A stretch of 64,000 nt of DNA from the human T2T-CHM13v2.0 reference genome, Homo sapiens (GCF_009914755.1 NC_060934.1); one strand, 5' to 3'; shown: positions 16,080 to 29,965, counted from the first letter of the stretch. Numbers and translations are program-made. Notes: generated by a model not told the origin, from the sequence alone.

Positions 16080-17628
16080 TATTTATATAGTGCTTCATAC
16101 ATTAAAAGGTATATTCACATATGCTATCTCCTTTGTTCTTCAATGCATTTCCAATAGGAGCATGAACTTTGTTACATTTTCATTTAACAAATGAAAAATT
16201 CAACCCGTGAATTTAAGTGATTTGCTTAAAGTTACACACACAAGCAGTAGTAATGCTTGGCCTAGAACACCATGTCAGATAAAATATATGTAAATGATAA
16301 TCAATGTGTCATTGCCTCAGATATTGAGAAAGAAGGTACAAGATTTCATTTTCACCATGAGCTAATCATATACCAATTTCAATTCCTTGGGGTAGAAGCT
16401 ACATGATATCTTATTTTGCCCCAACAATGACCCTATGTGGCAACTGCTATGTCGGCCCCACAGAATCAACACACACATGCACACACACACACACTCACAA
16501 CCCTCAGCTAAAGCCATGACAGGTTAACTGACTTGCTCATATCCATGCTCCTTCTAGATCTTGCAAGGAGTGTATATATCTCTTTTCTTCTACAACTGAG
16601 GGAATAGAATAAGCAGAGTACAATAAGAAAGATACAGACTATGAATAGAATAGGTATAGAAGTAGAATGTGCAACTTCCGTTACTATAAAATACCATTTC
16701 AGAGAAAATAGAGTCGAGTCAACACCAGTGGATGCAGTGTAGGGATATGCATTTAAAAGACAGGGATATCACCAAACACTGACCAGGTAGAGCTGGGTAA
16801 ACAGTGGTGTGGGTACCTCCAAAAAGTCAGGGTGAAGGACTGCTTTTGAGGCAGTTAACACAAATAACAAAAGGGTAGGAGCTTGAGACATTTGGTGGAA
16901 ACACCAGCTATTGGTGAGAGGAGGGTATTGTCAATGGACAAGATTTTCTGCTTAACTCACCAGTCACAATGGAGACTATATGGTTACTGTCAGCTAATCT
17001 TTCTGCAGATTAACTTCCCTTCCAGGTGCTGGCCTTTAGACTGATGCTAACACTCAGGATTCATTAACCATATTTATTTAAAGAACCACAAAAATGCCAT
17101 TATTCAGAAATTTCTTATGAAAGTGCCTCATAACAAAAGAATTATCATGGGTTAAACTTATGCTGATGCTGACCCAATGAAAAACATGCTTACAAAATTA
17201 TCTGCGCTGACAACTCTACAATAGTCTAACACAGGGATAAGCTCAAGAATTCTTTGGAGTTCCATTCAGCTTTTATAATTAGGTAATTTTTCTATCACAG
17301 TCAGCTGGAGATTAATCATAAAATGTGAACAGTTTTATTTTCTGTATTTCAGGAAACGTAATTGGTGATAATCATTATAATTGTAAAGAAATCTGCAGAG
17401 CCCTTTCATTGTGGCCATAGCACCGGCTTTAAAACAAGTTCAGTTGATGTCTGTGTGCATGTGTGCACACACATACGTGTGCGCACATGTATTTGTGAAA
17501 GAGTATAATTATACAATTAAATGAAGAAGTAAAAAGATTCTTAAGAGAATGTGACAGTTGATGGTCTGAAAGTAAAGAAAAGGAGAAAGGATAATGCTTC
17601 TGAAAACCATCATTTAGACACGCAAATG

Positions 17629-18380
17629 GAGGCTTACATAAACCTGTTCTGACCTTATGTATTTGAAATATTTTTAAATTACTGAAGTCTTTGGAAACTG
17701 CAAATAGTTTCTTATGAAAAAAGATGCTCTTACATAAAAGGAACTATTAAACTTAGAGAATTGAACAATGGAGAGATCAGATAGTAACTTACTATTCTTT
17801 AAAAGTCTTAAATATATGTAAAATTCACAAAAATTCACAAAAAGCAGAGGAATATTTGTGTCCCCCTAAAATTCATATGTTAAAATCCTACCCCACAAGA
17901 TGACAGTATTAGAAGTTGAGGGCTTTGAGAGTTGATTAGGTCATGAGGGATTAGTGCCCTTATAAAAGAGGCCCCAGAGAGCTAGCTACCATGTAAGGAC
18001 ACAGCCAGGAAGTGTCATCTATGAACCAGAAAGTAGAACCTCACTAGACACCAAATATGCCTTGATTTTGGACTTCCCAGCCTTCAGAACTGTGAGAAAT
18101 AAATTTCTGTTGTTTATAAGCTACACGGTTTATGGCATTTTGTTACAGCAGCCCAAACAGACTAAGGCAGAGGCTTACATAAACCCTGTTCTGACCTCAT
18201 GATTGTGAAATATTTTTAAATCACTGAAGTCTTAGGAAACTGCAAATAGTTTCTTAAGGGAAAAAAAAAAGTGTTCTTACTTAAAAGGAACTCTTGAACT
18301 TAGAGAACTAAGCGAAGGAGGGATCAGACGGTAACATAATTCTCTAAAGGCTTAAATCCGTGTAACACTCACAATGCAGA
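17629..18380 (+). repeat. ~215-bp direct repeat (17629-17848 and 18170-18380) bracketing the MLT1A LTR
   Basis: Both copies start GAGGCTTACATAAACC and share GGAAACTGCAAATAGTTTCTTA and AACTTAGAGAA; ~80-85% identical by eye. Confidence 0.95.
17850..18169 (+). mobile_element. MaLR solo LTR (MLT1A-like), first ~10 bp missing
   Basis: TGTGTCCCCCTAAAATTCATATGT..GGACTTCCCAGCCTTCAGAACTGTGAGAAATAAATTTCTG..CAGACTAAGGCA. Confidence 0.9.
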
Positions 18381-19596
18381 ATAAACATGCACCCACGCAC
18401 AACCTAAATCTAACCAGTTACTGCTGAAAACCTGAATGTTTTGGGGAAGTGTGCCAGAAAGCTCTAAAGATTTTTAAGCTTTTCCTGACCTCTTTATTTT
18501 CACTGAAATGCAAATATACATTTAAAAATCTGTTTACATAAACTGAAGAAAAAGAAATCAATATAAAATTTTCCAAATTTCCTGGATTTTAAGGTTAGAA
18601 GCAAAAATGAGAGAAGATATTTTCATAAAAAGTAAGAAAATAATCAGTTTTGATTCACTAGGTCCAAAAAATGAGTAGAAACATACATCTAAATGCACCA
18701 GATTTTTAAAAATTTTGTTCTTTATTTCAAGAACAACACTGCATTTTTGGAGGGATCTATTTTTTTCAGGGAAGAAAATATCACAATTTTGAAAAAAAAG
18801 AGACCAATATAATCTCCCTTTTTGAATTCTAGACGAACGATAAAAAGCGATTTTGTTAATGATTTTTTAAAAATGAGCTTTGCAACATATTGGCAGCCCT
18901 AGACTGAAGAATTTTACCGTTCTAATTACAAACAGTAGCAGTTATTTTATACTAAACATACCAAAACGTAAGTGAGCATTTTATATGAATATGAATTATT
19001 TCTACTGGGTACCTATATACATGTTTTAAATATTCTGTGATTTACCCAGAATCTAGTCAGAAGTAGGCCATTTTGATAAAAAGTGCCTTTAGAACATCGA
19101 TGGGTAATTAAAAAATCTATGCATAATGTAAACATTCCAACTATTTGTCAAATAAGAAACATTTTTGATTATTACTTTTTTAAACTATATTCAATTTGGT
19201 TATTGGTAAAATTTAGTTTAAGGCAGGCATATTTCTTTTCATAATTTTGTTTTCTTTTTTCATGAACATTTATCATGTCCAGAAGGCAGGCATATTTCAA
19301 TGAAGTAATGTTTATGCCTAGCTAACATTTTTTATTTTTAATGATATGATACTGGGTATATTAATGCAAAGATCCTACAATTTTATTTTATAAACTCTTA
19401 CCTGATTTTGAATCCTTTTTTCAACTTTTCCAGTTATGCATGAAGACATCATACTTGAAAAACTAAATATAAATTAGCTTCTCTTTTGTAAAATAAAAAC
19501 AAATTTGCAGGACTTCTGCTAGAGAGATGGATTAGGTATACATTCCTCTATTTTTTTTCTTAAGTAAAATATACAATTAAAAACCTTGAAATGAAA

Positions 19597-19700
19597 GTGT
19601 ATATGTATGTGTATATATTACAGACACATATATATGTGTATACACATATATAGGGATATAGTTTATTAAGTACAACATACAACTACAAACCTTGAAAGTG

Positions 19701-19768
<68 letters not shown>

Positions 19769-19832
19769 CATACACACACAGATATAGAAAGAGAGAGGTA
19801 CATACACAGACACACACACACATACACATACA
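19597..19832. repeat. (TA)n/(CA)n microsatellite complex
   Basis: Long TA run at 19700-19768 with CA repeats. Confidence 0.95.
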
Positions 19833-19837
19833 CCCCT

Positions 19838-20912
19838 TAAGAGTTCTTAAACTTGACAGCAGAAATATATACCATAAAAGGAAAAATTGATAAACTGGAT
19901 TTCATCCAAATTAGATTATATTACTCTGTGAAGAACTCTGTTAAGAGGATTCAAAAAACAAGCTACAGAGTTGGAGCACATATTTAAAAACCACAACATC
20001 AACAAAGGACTAGTATCAAGAATACATAAAGACCTCTCAACACTTAACATTAAAAAAATCCAGTTGGAAAATGGATAAAATACATGAGCAGATAATTTAT
20101 AGGAGAATATATGAATAGTAAGCACACAAAAATTTGCTCACCATCTTTAGCCATTAGGAAGTTATAAATTAAAGCCACATGAAATATCATTACATACCTA
20201 TCAGAATGGCTAAAATAAATAATAATGACAACACCCAATGTTAGTGATGACACAGAAACTGTGTCACTCATACATGGCTAATTGGAATGTAAAATGACAC
20301 AACCACCCTGGAAAAGAGTTTGGCACTTTATTACAAAAACTAACCATGCAACTATTACATAATCAGCAATTGCCTTTCTGGGAATTTATCCCAGAGAAAA
20401 TAAAAGCTATGTTCACCACAAAAACCTGTATATTAATGTTTATAATAGCTTAATTCATAATAGCCCCAAACTGGAAGACATCCTGATATGCTTTAATGAG
20501 TGAATGATTAAACAGACTACAGTATAGCCATATCATGGAATCTCGCTTAGCAATTAAAAAAACGAACCTACTAACGTATGCAAGAATCTGGATGAATCTC
20601 CAGACTTACGTTGAGTGAAAAAAAGTCAATCCAAAAAGGCTATATACTGTATGAAAAATTGTAGAGAGAATACTTTAATGGTTGACACTGGTTGAGGAAG
20701 GGTTGGGAGTTGGAGGGAAGTATATGTGGCTATAAAGGGTCAATAGGAGCAATCTTTATGGTGATGAAAATCGCCTGTATCTTAATTGTATCAATATCAG
20801 CACCCTGGTTGGAATACTGTACTATCGCTTTGCAAGGTGTTATTTATTGTTGGGTCTCTCCATATTATTTCTTATAAATGCCTATAAATCTATAGTTATC
20901 TCAAAATAAATA
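19838..20912 (+). mobile_element. Old L1 3' region (L1MC-like)
   Basis: AAAATTGATAAACTGGATTTCATC, GGAATTTATCCCAGAGAAA, ATAGCCCCAAACTGGAA; terminal ATCTCAAAATAAA. Confidence 0.85.
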
Positions 20913-22241
20913 GATCTACTTAAAGATAAATGGCTAAATAAATAATTTGCAAGCTCTGAAAGGATCTCCATAAAGGCAATCACAAAGGAAAGCTCTTCTA
21001 GGTTTTTGAGATTTTTTTTCCATTTTTCATTTAAATTTTTAAGTTTTTCTACGGGAAACTTATATTGCTGTGGTAATAAGAAAGACAAAATATAATATGC
21101 TTGTAATCTAAAATATTTTTAAGATACAGTTTCATTCCTGTGTTCACATCAATACAATGTTCTATATATGAGAGGCAACTTCTAAATTCACCATCTGTCT
21201 ATTATGAAAAATTTTATCCTGTGGTCAGGGTATTTTATAGCTAGAGTATAAACTTGTAATTTGAATAAAGAGTATGGGTTGAATAGTAGATGTGCCAGCT
21301 TTGCTTTTTTTCTATCTTAGAAATTTATAAAAAATTAAGTTTGCTTTTAAAACTTAAAAGTGTTAGTTCTGAACCCTAGAGATGCTGACCTAATGGCGGC
21401 ATATTATGGCTGTATGCTGCCAATTAGATAAAAGCAGCATCAGGAATCATTTCATATCGCTTTGCTTGGCTGGAAGTGTGTGTGCACACAGATACATAAA
21501 CACACTTCTAATTTCTGCAAAAGATCACTGTTAGTTCTTTAGAAAACTGCTGGCCTATTTTCAAAAGCCGAAAATGAGCTGGAGCCCAGTGCTGAACATC
21601 AGAAATCAAGAGGCAATCTAAGTGATGGTGACAGTAGGTTTTAGTGAATACAAAAGATGAAATGGTAGGAAGCTGGATAAAGATAATTCTGCTCCAAAAT
21701 CCAAAGGGCAAGAGAACATAAAGATGTCAGAGGTCAGTATCATTGAGGAGGGAAGAGTTTTGTAGCTCTAATTGATTCTCCGGGCTCCTAGAGGGATTGA
21801 ACTTCTTTTGGAAACATAAAGGTAGAGGGCATAAGCAGAAAATATATATCAGATACAAAACCAATTTCTCCCAGAATACATCTCAAAAAGTAATGTCATT
21901 AAATTCTGGAGCCCTGAAGCAAAATTCTTCAAAGTTGTCTCCTTGCAGTTTTCACAAGAAATAACCTTTGCCATACGCCCTGGGAAACTCACGTTTTCAT
22001 CCGCAATATGGCAGTGCTTATCAGTCTGAAAAGATTATTCTGAGAAGTTACATAAACTTGTAAACTATTAAACCTTAAGTGAATGTAAAAATGTTACGTC
22101 ATCTTCATTAGCATGCCTCCCTAAAACAATAGAGAGTGCTTAGCCTGAGAATCTGAGCTAAGCTTGAAGTGAAACACTACTCTGCTGTGTAATTCATTAC
22201 TTGAAGAATTTACTTCCGGCCTAAATTCTGTTTAGTGGTAG

Positions 22242-22260
22242 GTCTGCCATCTAGTGGCCA
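22242..22260 (-). promoter_or_regulatory. Candidate CTCF site
   Basis: Reverse complement TGGCCACTAGATGGCAGAC closely matches the CTCF core; non-repeat context. Confidence 0.65.
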
Positions 22261-23496
22261 CTTACATAAATACAAGTTGTGATCATAAATTAAAGACCAT
22301 ATGAAAATACTAGGTCATCCAAATGGACCATTTCTAGTCCAAGTATAAAAAGGCAAAGAGGATTTGACTGATGGTAAGAAAATTTATATTCAGGGATCAC
22401 TTAGAGGTAAGTGTGCTGACTCAAAACACTATGAGTACAAAAGCAAAGTAAAAAGTCATTTAGACTTATGTGGACTTCAAAATGAGAAATTTATATTCAT
22501 AAACTTTCACTAAATTTAAAAGAAAGTAACCGTTGTGTTAACTTATTTATGTTTTCTCCTCATTATCTTTTAGTTCAATCACATTTATATTTTCTACTTA
22601 ATGTAAACCATGAAATAAAATTTTCTTCAGTACTTGGATTTGTGCTGCCAATTTGCAGAATTGTCAGTTATTAAATAAAATGTAACACAGTTTCAGAACT
22701 TAAACTCTAAAATACAAAAATATAACATTGTTCACCTTCAAATAATACAATAACTTTTGGGGCTCTATTATTATTATTGCTTTCTTTGTTAATAGAAATG
22801 ACAGGTAATGCTAGGCCTTTGATGCTCATTCTCTTGGCATAATTTTTAGTTATTTGTCCAAAGCTACACACTCCCACCCTCAGTTCCTTCCAGAGTGCTA
22901 ACCTGAAAGCTTATATTTGTAAAAGCCCCATTATTATTAAAAAGCTCATTAACATACCTGCAAATGGTATTTGCACAGTGGCTAAGTACACTGAACACAC
23001 CCTGAGAAGTATTTACTAAGCTAAATTCATCAGACAAGTGTACAATATTCACATTTCAGTGTTACAATTGTTATTTTTATTTATTTGGTTTTTGAGTTGG
23101 TATGCTTAAGAAGAGATTAAATCTACCTCCAAATTATAGTTCTTTGACATACTAATCAGTTACATTAAAGCCATTTAAATAAATAATATTTTAAAAATCC
23201 CCAAACCATTAGGCATGTTTTCATTATTGTTGTATCCAGTTACTTTCCCCTTAGGCTTATTATTATTGCTTGAAATAACAGGATGATATCATATTGTTCA
23301 AACTGGAAATATAGATAATTTTGCAATTGCTAATGTTGTGTAAAAATGTCCTATGATAATCCACAAACCAATAATCTGTATTGTTGATATCCTAACAAGT
23401 ATTTGTAAAACACAGGCCAAATAATAAAACAATTCCCATTCCATACTTAATCCTTGATTTTATGGGGTCCCATTTATTTGTAATTTGTAAATATAA

Positions 23497-23885
<389 letters not shown>

Positions 23886-24502
23886 GGATACATTTATTTC
23901 TAAATAAGAACATCTCATGTGGTTCCTAAGACTGATTATGCCAAGACCCATGTACTTCAAAATACGGCATTCCAATGTGTGGAATTTTCTTTTTCCACTC
24001 AATCTGTCTACTTTTTAACAACATGGCCAAACTCCCAGGATCTTAATGCCAAAAAAAGATGATTTTTTTTTAAAGAAATAATTTAAGATCCTAAAATGAA
24101 AGCAAAATGTCCATCCTCGTGAACAACAAAGTCAGTCACAAGACTGAAACCATGGTCTATAATAATTTAAATTTATTTATTACTTACTCTATTATGTGTC
24201 AAACTTACCCTGAGTCAAAATCGTGAAGGTGAACGTAACATTAAATGTGCGTTTTCTTTAAACCACACTGTGATGAAATGGACTCTCACTCGGGAGTCTG
24301 GCTCCAGAGGCCTCACCCAGCAGAGTGTTCACTATCACAGAGGACTTTTCACACATTTCCTCGGAGAGGAGGGAAGAAATCCATCAAGAAAGGGGATTTA
24401 TATTCCAAAATCACAAAATGGCTACTATATCAACTGGAGAAAAACTACTCACAGGAAGAAAAACAGCACAGAACAAACCTTTAGACAGTCCATGCCCTAG
24501 CA

Positions 24503-24625
24503 CAGGATTTGGACAGACATAAGCCAAGGGCCAAATCTGGCTCTCTATCTCTTTTGTAAATAAAGTTTTATTGTAAATAAAGTTCAGTGGACACACCATG
24601 CCCATGTGTTCCCATATTGTATATA
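24503..24625. mobile_element. hAT-Charlie fragment (MER58-like)
   Basis: GGGCCAAATCTGG..TTTTGTAAATAAAGTTTTATTG..CCATGCCCAT. Confidence 0.65.
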
Positions 24626-24714
24626 TGTATATAACTTCTGTCTCCTTTTATTCATTGCCTTCTCTGTATGAGATATGCATTTCTCTTACCTCAATCAACA
24701 AAATCCAACCTATC

Positions 24715-26235
24715 GTGAAGGTATAACTTTGTATAATGGAATTAAATTGAATATATCATTTGGAGCCTTGTTTTTACATTTAATATTTTTTCTGAGATTT
24801 ATGGATACTGCTGAATATAAGTGTAGCTTATCAATTTCCACTTTTTAAGTGCTATGGACTATTCAATTATACAAATCAATAAAAATTAACCTATACTATG
24901 CCAATGGGCATTGGGTTGGGGTTAACACTTTGGCTTTTCTCAGTAATGTTTCTATGAATGTTTTTGTACATATTTCTTGATTTACAAATGCAGCAGTTTT
25001 CTAGAGTTTTTACCTAAATGTTGATTTATTTTTGACATAGTTGGTAAACACTTGACATTGTGACTTTTTTTCTTTTTGGTTAGTAGTAAAAGGAATCTTT
25101 TGTGGGTTTTATTGATACCAATTATATACCAATTATCTTTTTATCATTGATTGCCATTTGTGTTTCATCTTCTATGAAAAGCCTATTCAATTTTTTGGCT
25201 TTTTCCAATCCTCCTCTCAGTTTGCTTGTCTTTTTACCTTATTGAATTGAAGGTGTTTTTTTAATATATTCTAGATACTACCTCTTTATCAATTATATGT
25301 TGCAAATATCTTCTCACTTTATAACTTGTATTTTGTGTATGAGGTTTTTATAAAAGAAAATTTTACGGCTCACGCCTGTAATCCCAACACTTTGTGTTGG
25401 GCAGATCACCTAAGGTCAGGAGTTCGAAACCAGCCTGGCTAACATGGCAAAACCCTGTCTCTATTAAAAAATACAAAAATTAGCTGGGCGCGGGGGTGGG
25501 CGCCTGTAATCCCAGCTACTCAGGAGGCTGAGGCAGGAAAATCACTTGAACCTGGGAGGCAGAGGTTGCAGTGAGCCAAGATTGCACCACTGATCTCCAG
25601 CTTGGGCGGCAGAGCAAGACTCTGTCTCAAAAACAAAAAAAGAGAAAATTTTAACTTTAATGTAGTTAAACTTACCTAAATTTTATTTTTATGGTATACA
25701 ATTTTATATTTTGTTTAGTAAAACTTTCTCTGCCTCTGAGGTAATATAGGTATTGTTCCATATTATAACCTAAAAATGTTAAATAATCTAGAATCTACTG
25801 TTGTACAGTTCTAAGAAAGAGATAAATCCCTTTATTATACAAATAACCAATTTTTTTCAGCATCATTTATTAAGAAGTCTATCTTTCGTCATTGTTTTGC
25901 AACGTTAACTCTATACTATAAATCACGTTTCCATAGATATGAAAGTCTTTTCCTGGACTCTATTATTTCAGACTGTTCTCATTGGAACAACGTGACAATG
26001 CTTAATCTTTTAATTCTGTATTTCCTTTGTATACTTTTAGCCAATGTTGTGCTTATCAGTACAGATATAAAATTGTTATATCATCCTGTCAAATCAAACC
26101 TCTTATCATTATGTATTGACTCTCTTCATTCATACTCTTTATTCCTACTAATGCATTTTGTCCTAACTACATAAGTATTATTATGGGTAGTGTTCACCAG
26201 ATACACCTTTATTTATCTCTTTACTTTTAATATTT
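24715..26235 (-). mobile_element. Old L1 (L1ME-like) interrupted by an Alu
   Basis: T-rich reverse L1 motifs GCCATTTGTGTTTCATCTTCTATGAA, TTGCAAATATCTTCTC, CAGCATCATTTATTAAG. Confidence 0.7.
25367..25643 (+). mobile_element. AluS, slightly 5' truncated
   Basis: Starts GGCTCACGCCTGTAATCCC; A-tail; AGAAAATTTTA on both sides. Confidence 0.93.
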
Positions 26236-27339
26236 GTATTCAGAGAAATCTGATGTGCAGAACAACACTGTTATGACATGAATTAGACTGTTGTTGAATA
26301 TTCACTGGAAGAGTATTTTTGTACGGCCTTGCTCTAAACTTTCTAAATGAAGTAATTATTGTCATGTCCCATGCAACTGTGTGCATAGCACTCACCACTA
26401 GCATAGCTATTGACTGGGTATAACATATAAGACCTCTCCTATCTTTCCTACTGAATCTTCTAAATTAGTTGATTACTAAGTTAGAAACAATGTACTAAAC
26501 AATGAGGTTTTTATTTACAATAGCAATAACAATTTCGGTAAATAAATAGAGAAAAACATCACTTTTGAATAACACAATTAGTAGATAGAGTTGGAGGATG
26601 GTAAATACCAGAGACAACAGTAATCTAGAGCAATATTAAATAAAAGTTCTGAAGATTATTCAGATATAACCTTACCCCCACTTAATAGTTAGGATACCTT
26701 TTAAAAATGCTTCAAAGAGCATTATTTGTACCTCCATAAGTAACAAAATATTGAAATGAGCTATTAAAAGTTATAAATGAATTCATGAAAACAATGCATT
26801 TGAAAAAAATCTATATAATAATACTGCACCAAAAATGACAGAAAGACATAAAACTTTACATCAGGAATCTGTCTGAAAATATCAAGATTTCAGTAATGTA
26901 TTTTATTCACGGAGAAGCTTGCTCTCCTACGCAAAATTTGTCTAAAATGTTACCACATTAGTGAATCTAATGAATTCCAAAGTCCCAGGTTCCTGTAGGT
27001 TTTCAGCTTTACAGAAATGATCAAAATTGAGTGTCTCAATGTATTATTTAATTAAAAAAAGTTTGTCTGAAGTTTACAAGCCAAAAAGTAAAAATTATAT
27101 ATGGGTAATACTTTACAGATTTTTTTGAAGGGTAGTTGTGGATTTTTTAAAATGTCTTATCTAATATTTAGATAAGAACCCAAATAAAGTATATTGTCAA
27201 TGTGAATATGTATACTTATATATATGTATACACAAACATCTCTCTCTCATCACACACTCTCTCTCTCTATATATATATACACATACACATATATATACAC
27301 GGATATGTACACACATACACACATATAAAAATATATATG

Positions 27340-27606
27340 TTCAATGGGTACAAAGTTATAGTTAGGAGGAATAAGTTCTAGTGTTTAACTGCACAGTAAG
27401 GTAACTATAGTCTGAACTAATGTGTATTTCAAAATAGCTAGAAGAGAGATTTTGAATGTTCTCATCATAGAGAACTGACAAGTGTTTGAGGCAATGGATA
27501 TGCTAATTACACTGATTTGATCATTACACAATGTATATAGGTACCAAAACATCACACTGTACCAAATATGTACAGTTATTATGTGTCAATTAAAAACAAA
27601 ATAAAA
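27340..27606 (+). mobile_element. L1MA-type 3' end, flanked by (TC)(TA)(CA) and (TG)n(AG)n microsatellites
   Basis: GGAGGAATAAGTTCTAGTG..TTTCAAAATAGCTAGAAGAG..GGATATGCTAATTAC..ATGTGTCAATTAAAAA. Confidence 0.88.
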
Positions 27607-27642
<36 letters not shown>

Positions 27643-28119
27643 AGATAGAGAGAGAGAGATGAGTGTGTGTTGGAAAGCTTACAATTTTAAAGTAAAAATT
27701 CAACTTTGGAAAAATTCACTAGTGATGTCAGTGTTATAATTTAAGTCTTAAGGAGAGATTAAGAAGATAAGTATGCTTAAAATGTGTATGCTTAAAGAAA
27801 ATCTTCATCATTTTCTTAAATACTTGATGCTTCACATTGATAATTCCAACTGAATTAAATTAGAAATTCATCTGCATTATCATAAGATATATCAACATTT
27901 CATATGTTAATAAGAGATTTAAAGAATTCTCACTCTGAAATATAATTTAAAGAAATAAAATTATCTGAACTCAGGTTATTGTCAAGACTGGTTTTATGGT
28001 TTTATCCAGTCAAGAAAAGGCATTCAGGACATTTGTTATTAACTACTTGTGCAAACAATGTTAAACATCAATGAAGACTATCAAGAATTTGGTGTCGTTG
28101 TGGGCAGCAGTAATCCCAA

Positions 28120-29608
28120 TATTACTTCCAAAAATCTTCTTCTCCATAAAAGCAACAAGAACACTGCAAAAAAAAGGTGAACTTCAACTTTTTTAGGACT
28201 CTGGAGATTAAGCAAAAGGTTTCAATTATATAGGTAATGTTTATTAGAAAAATAATCGCTGAATCTTGGTAAAACATGAAGTTTTGTGATGTTTTAACTT
28301 GCCCCAATATTGTCTCCCTCTCTCCAAGCCTGTGATTGCCTTGAAAACCAGCAGTTCAACGATCATAGTAAAAACCAGAAGTGTAGCAATGCCTGGAGGG
28401 AGCAGAATAGATTTAGAGCTCCTCCAAAATCTAATTCCCAAGCAACTGTCATTATTTGACTTGCTTCTGGAAAATCCTATGTGCAAAAATATTTGGCTTG
28501 TTCCCTGGAAAATCCCACGTGCAAAACTTGTTACTTGAGCTAAGTCAGAGCTTATCCAGTGCAGAAAGCTGTTTCCCTGTAGGCAGTTACTACAAAGAAT
28601 TAGCAGCAATTGTTAAATATTGTGGTTAGCTGAACTGGTGACAGCAGTTAGGAAAAAACAACAAGGCAACCACAAAAAAGGAAAAGCTAGGAATGAGTTA
28701 TTCATAGGTGGATTAGAAAAGTTCTGTGATAATCCTGGGAATCTAGAATGCCACACTTAACGCTTACAAGTTTGTGTATGCCCAAGAAAAACTAGAGAAG
28801 GCCCTATGCTGTCATGCTGTCATCTCTAGATGATGTTGAGCTTCTGTGCAAGCAGGAAGTGAGGCCTAAAGTGGTGTTGCAAGCAGCCTGACTGGGAATT
28901 GAAGGTGTACCACAACGTGCACCCTGAGCTCCTCAGCAAAAGCTGGGAGACTTATTGGTTCCAGCCTGTAAGAAAATCTCTATCAATTTTTTAGCTAACT
29001 AATAAGTTAACCAATAAGAAAGTTTAGTGTCCACCCATAAAAAGAATGCTAATTTTACAGAACTAATTCAGGAAAGTCATTAAACAAATAAACAACAGCA
29101 ACAGCAACAACAAAAACCAATCATAGGAAAAGGAGGCAGAGAGAGTTAGCAAATTATATTATTTAAGATGTCTAGTTTTCAATAAGGAATTATGAGAAAA
29201 ACAAATAAAGGGCCATTCACAGGGAGAAAAAAAGCAGTGAATAGAAACTGTCCCTAAGGAAGCTCATACATTGGACTTACTAAACAAAGACTTTAAGCAA
29301 TTTTGAATATGTTCAAAGAAAATTATGGAAGTAAGTCTCACAAAACAAAGACTTAGAAATAAAGAGACAGAAAATATAGAAAATCACCAACTAGAAATTT
29401 TGGAGTTGAGAAATACTATCACTAAGCTTGAAAATTAACTAGAGGTGCCCCAAACCAGATTTAAATGGAGAGAAAAAAGAATCAGCAAACATGAAGACAG
29501 ATCAATTGAGGTTATTTAACCTGACAACAGAAGTAAAAAGAATAAAGGAAAATGAACAGAGTGCCCCAGAAACCTAAAAGATACCATCAAGTGTACTAGC
29601 ATACTTAC
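28120..29608 (+). mobile_element. Old L1M 5'UTR/ORF1 N-terminal region
   Basis: ATAGAAACTGTCCCTAAGGAAGC, TTGGACTTACTAAACAAAGACTTTAA, AGAAAAAAGAATCAGCAAAC are ORF1 coiled-coil region motifs. Confidence 0.75.
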
Positions 29609-29927
29609 CTTTTATTAACTATCTATAGTCCTCATGTTGTACATTTGATTCCTAGACTTATTTATCCTGCATCATTGCAATTTTGTACCCTTTGACCTGC
29701 ATCTTCCCATTTCCCCACCCTCACCCCTGGTAACCACCATACTACTCTGTTTCTTTGTAGTCTTTCTTGTTTTCTTTTTTAAGATTCCATATATAAGTGA
29801 GATCAGGTGATATTTGTCTTTTTGCATTTGGCTTATTTCACTTAGCATAATGTGCTCTAGGTGATTTTCTTATTTTTAAAAGCTGAATAATATTCCATTT
29901 TCTGTGTGTGTGTGTGGGGGAGGGGGG

Positions 29928-29965
<38 letters not shown>

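Noticed and set aside
17450-17490. Palindromic alternating purine-pyrimidine tract
   Set aside because: Expected self-complementarity of mixed (TG)/(CA) repeats
24245-24522. Three overlapping open frames
   Set aside because: Short, no homology, no convincing splice pair; nearby TGAGTCA/ACCACA motifs alone are insufficient to call an enhancer
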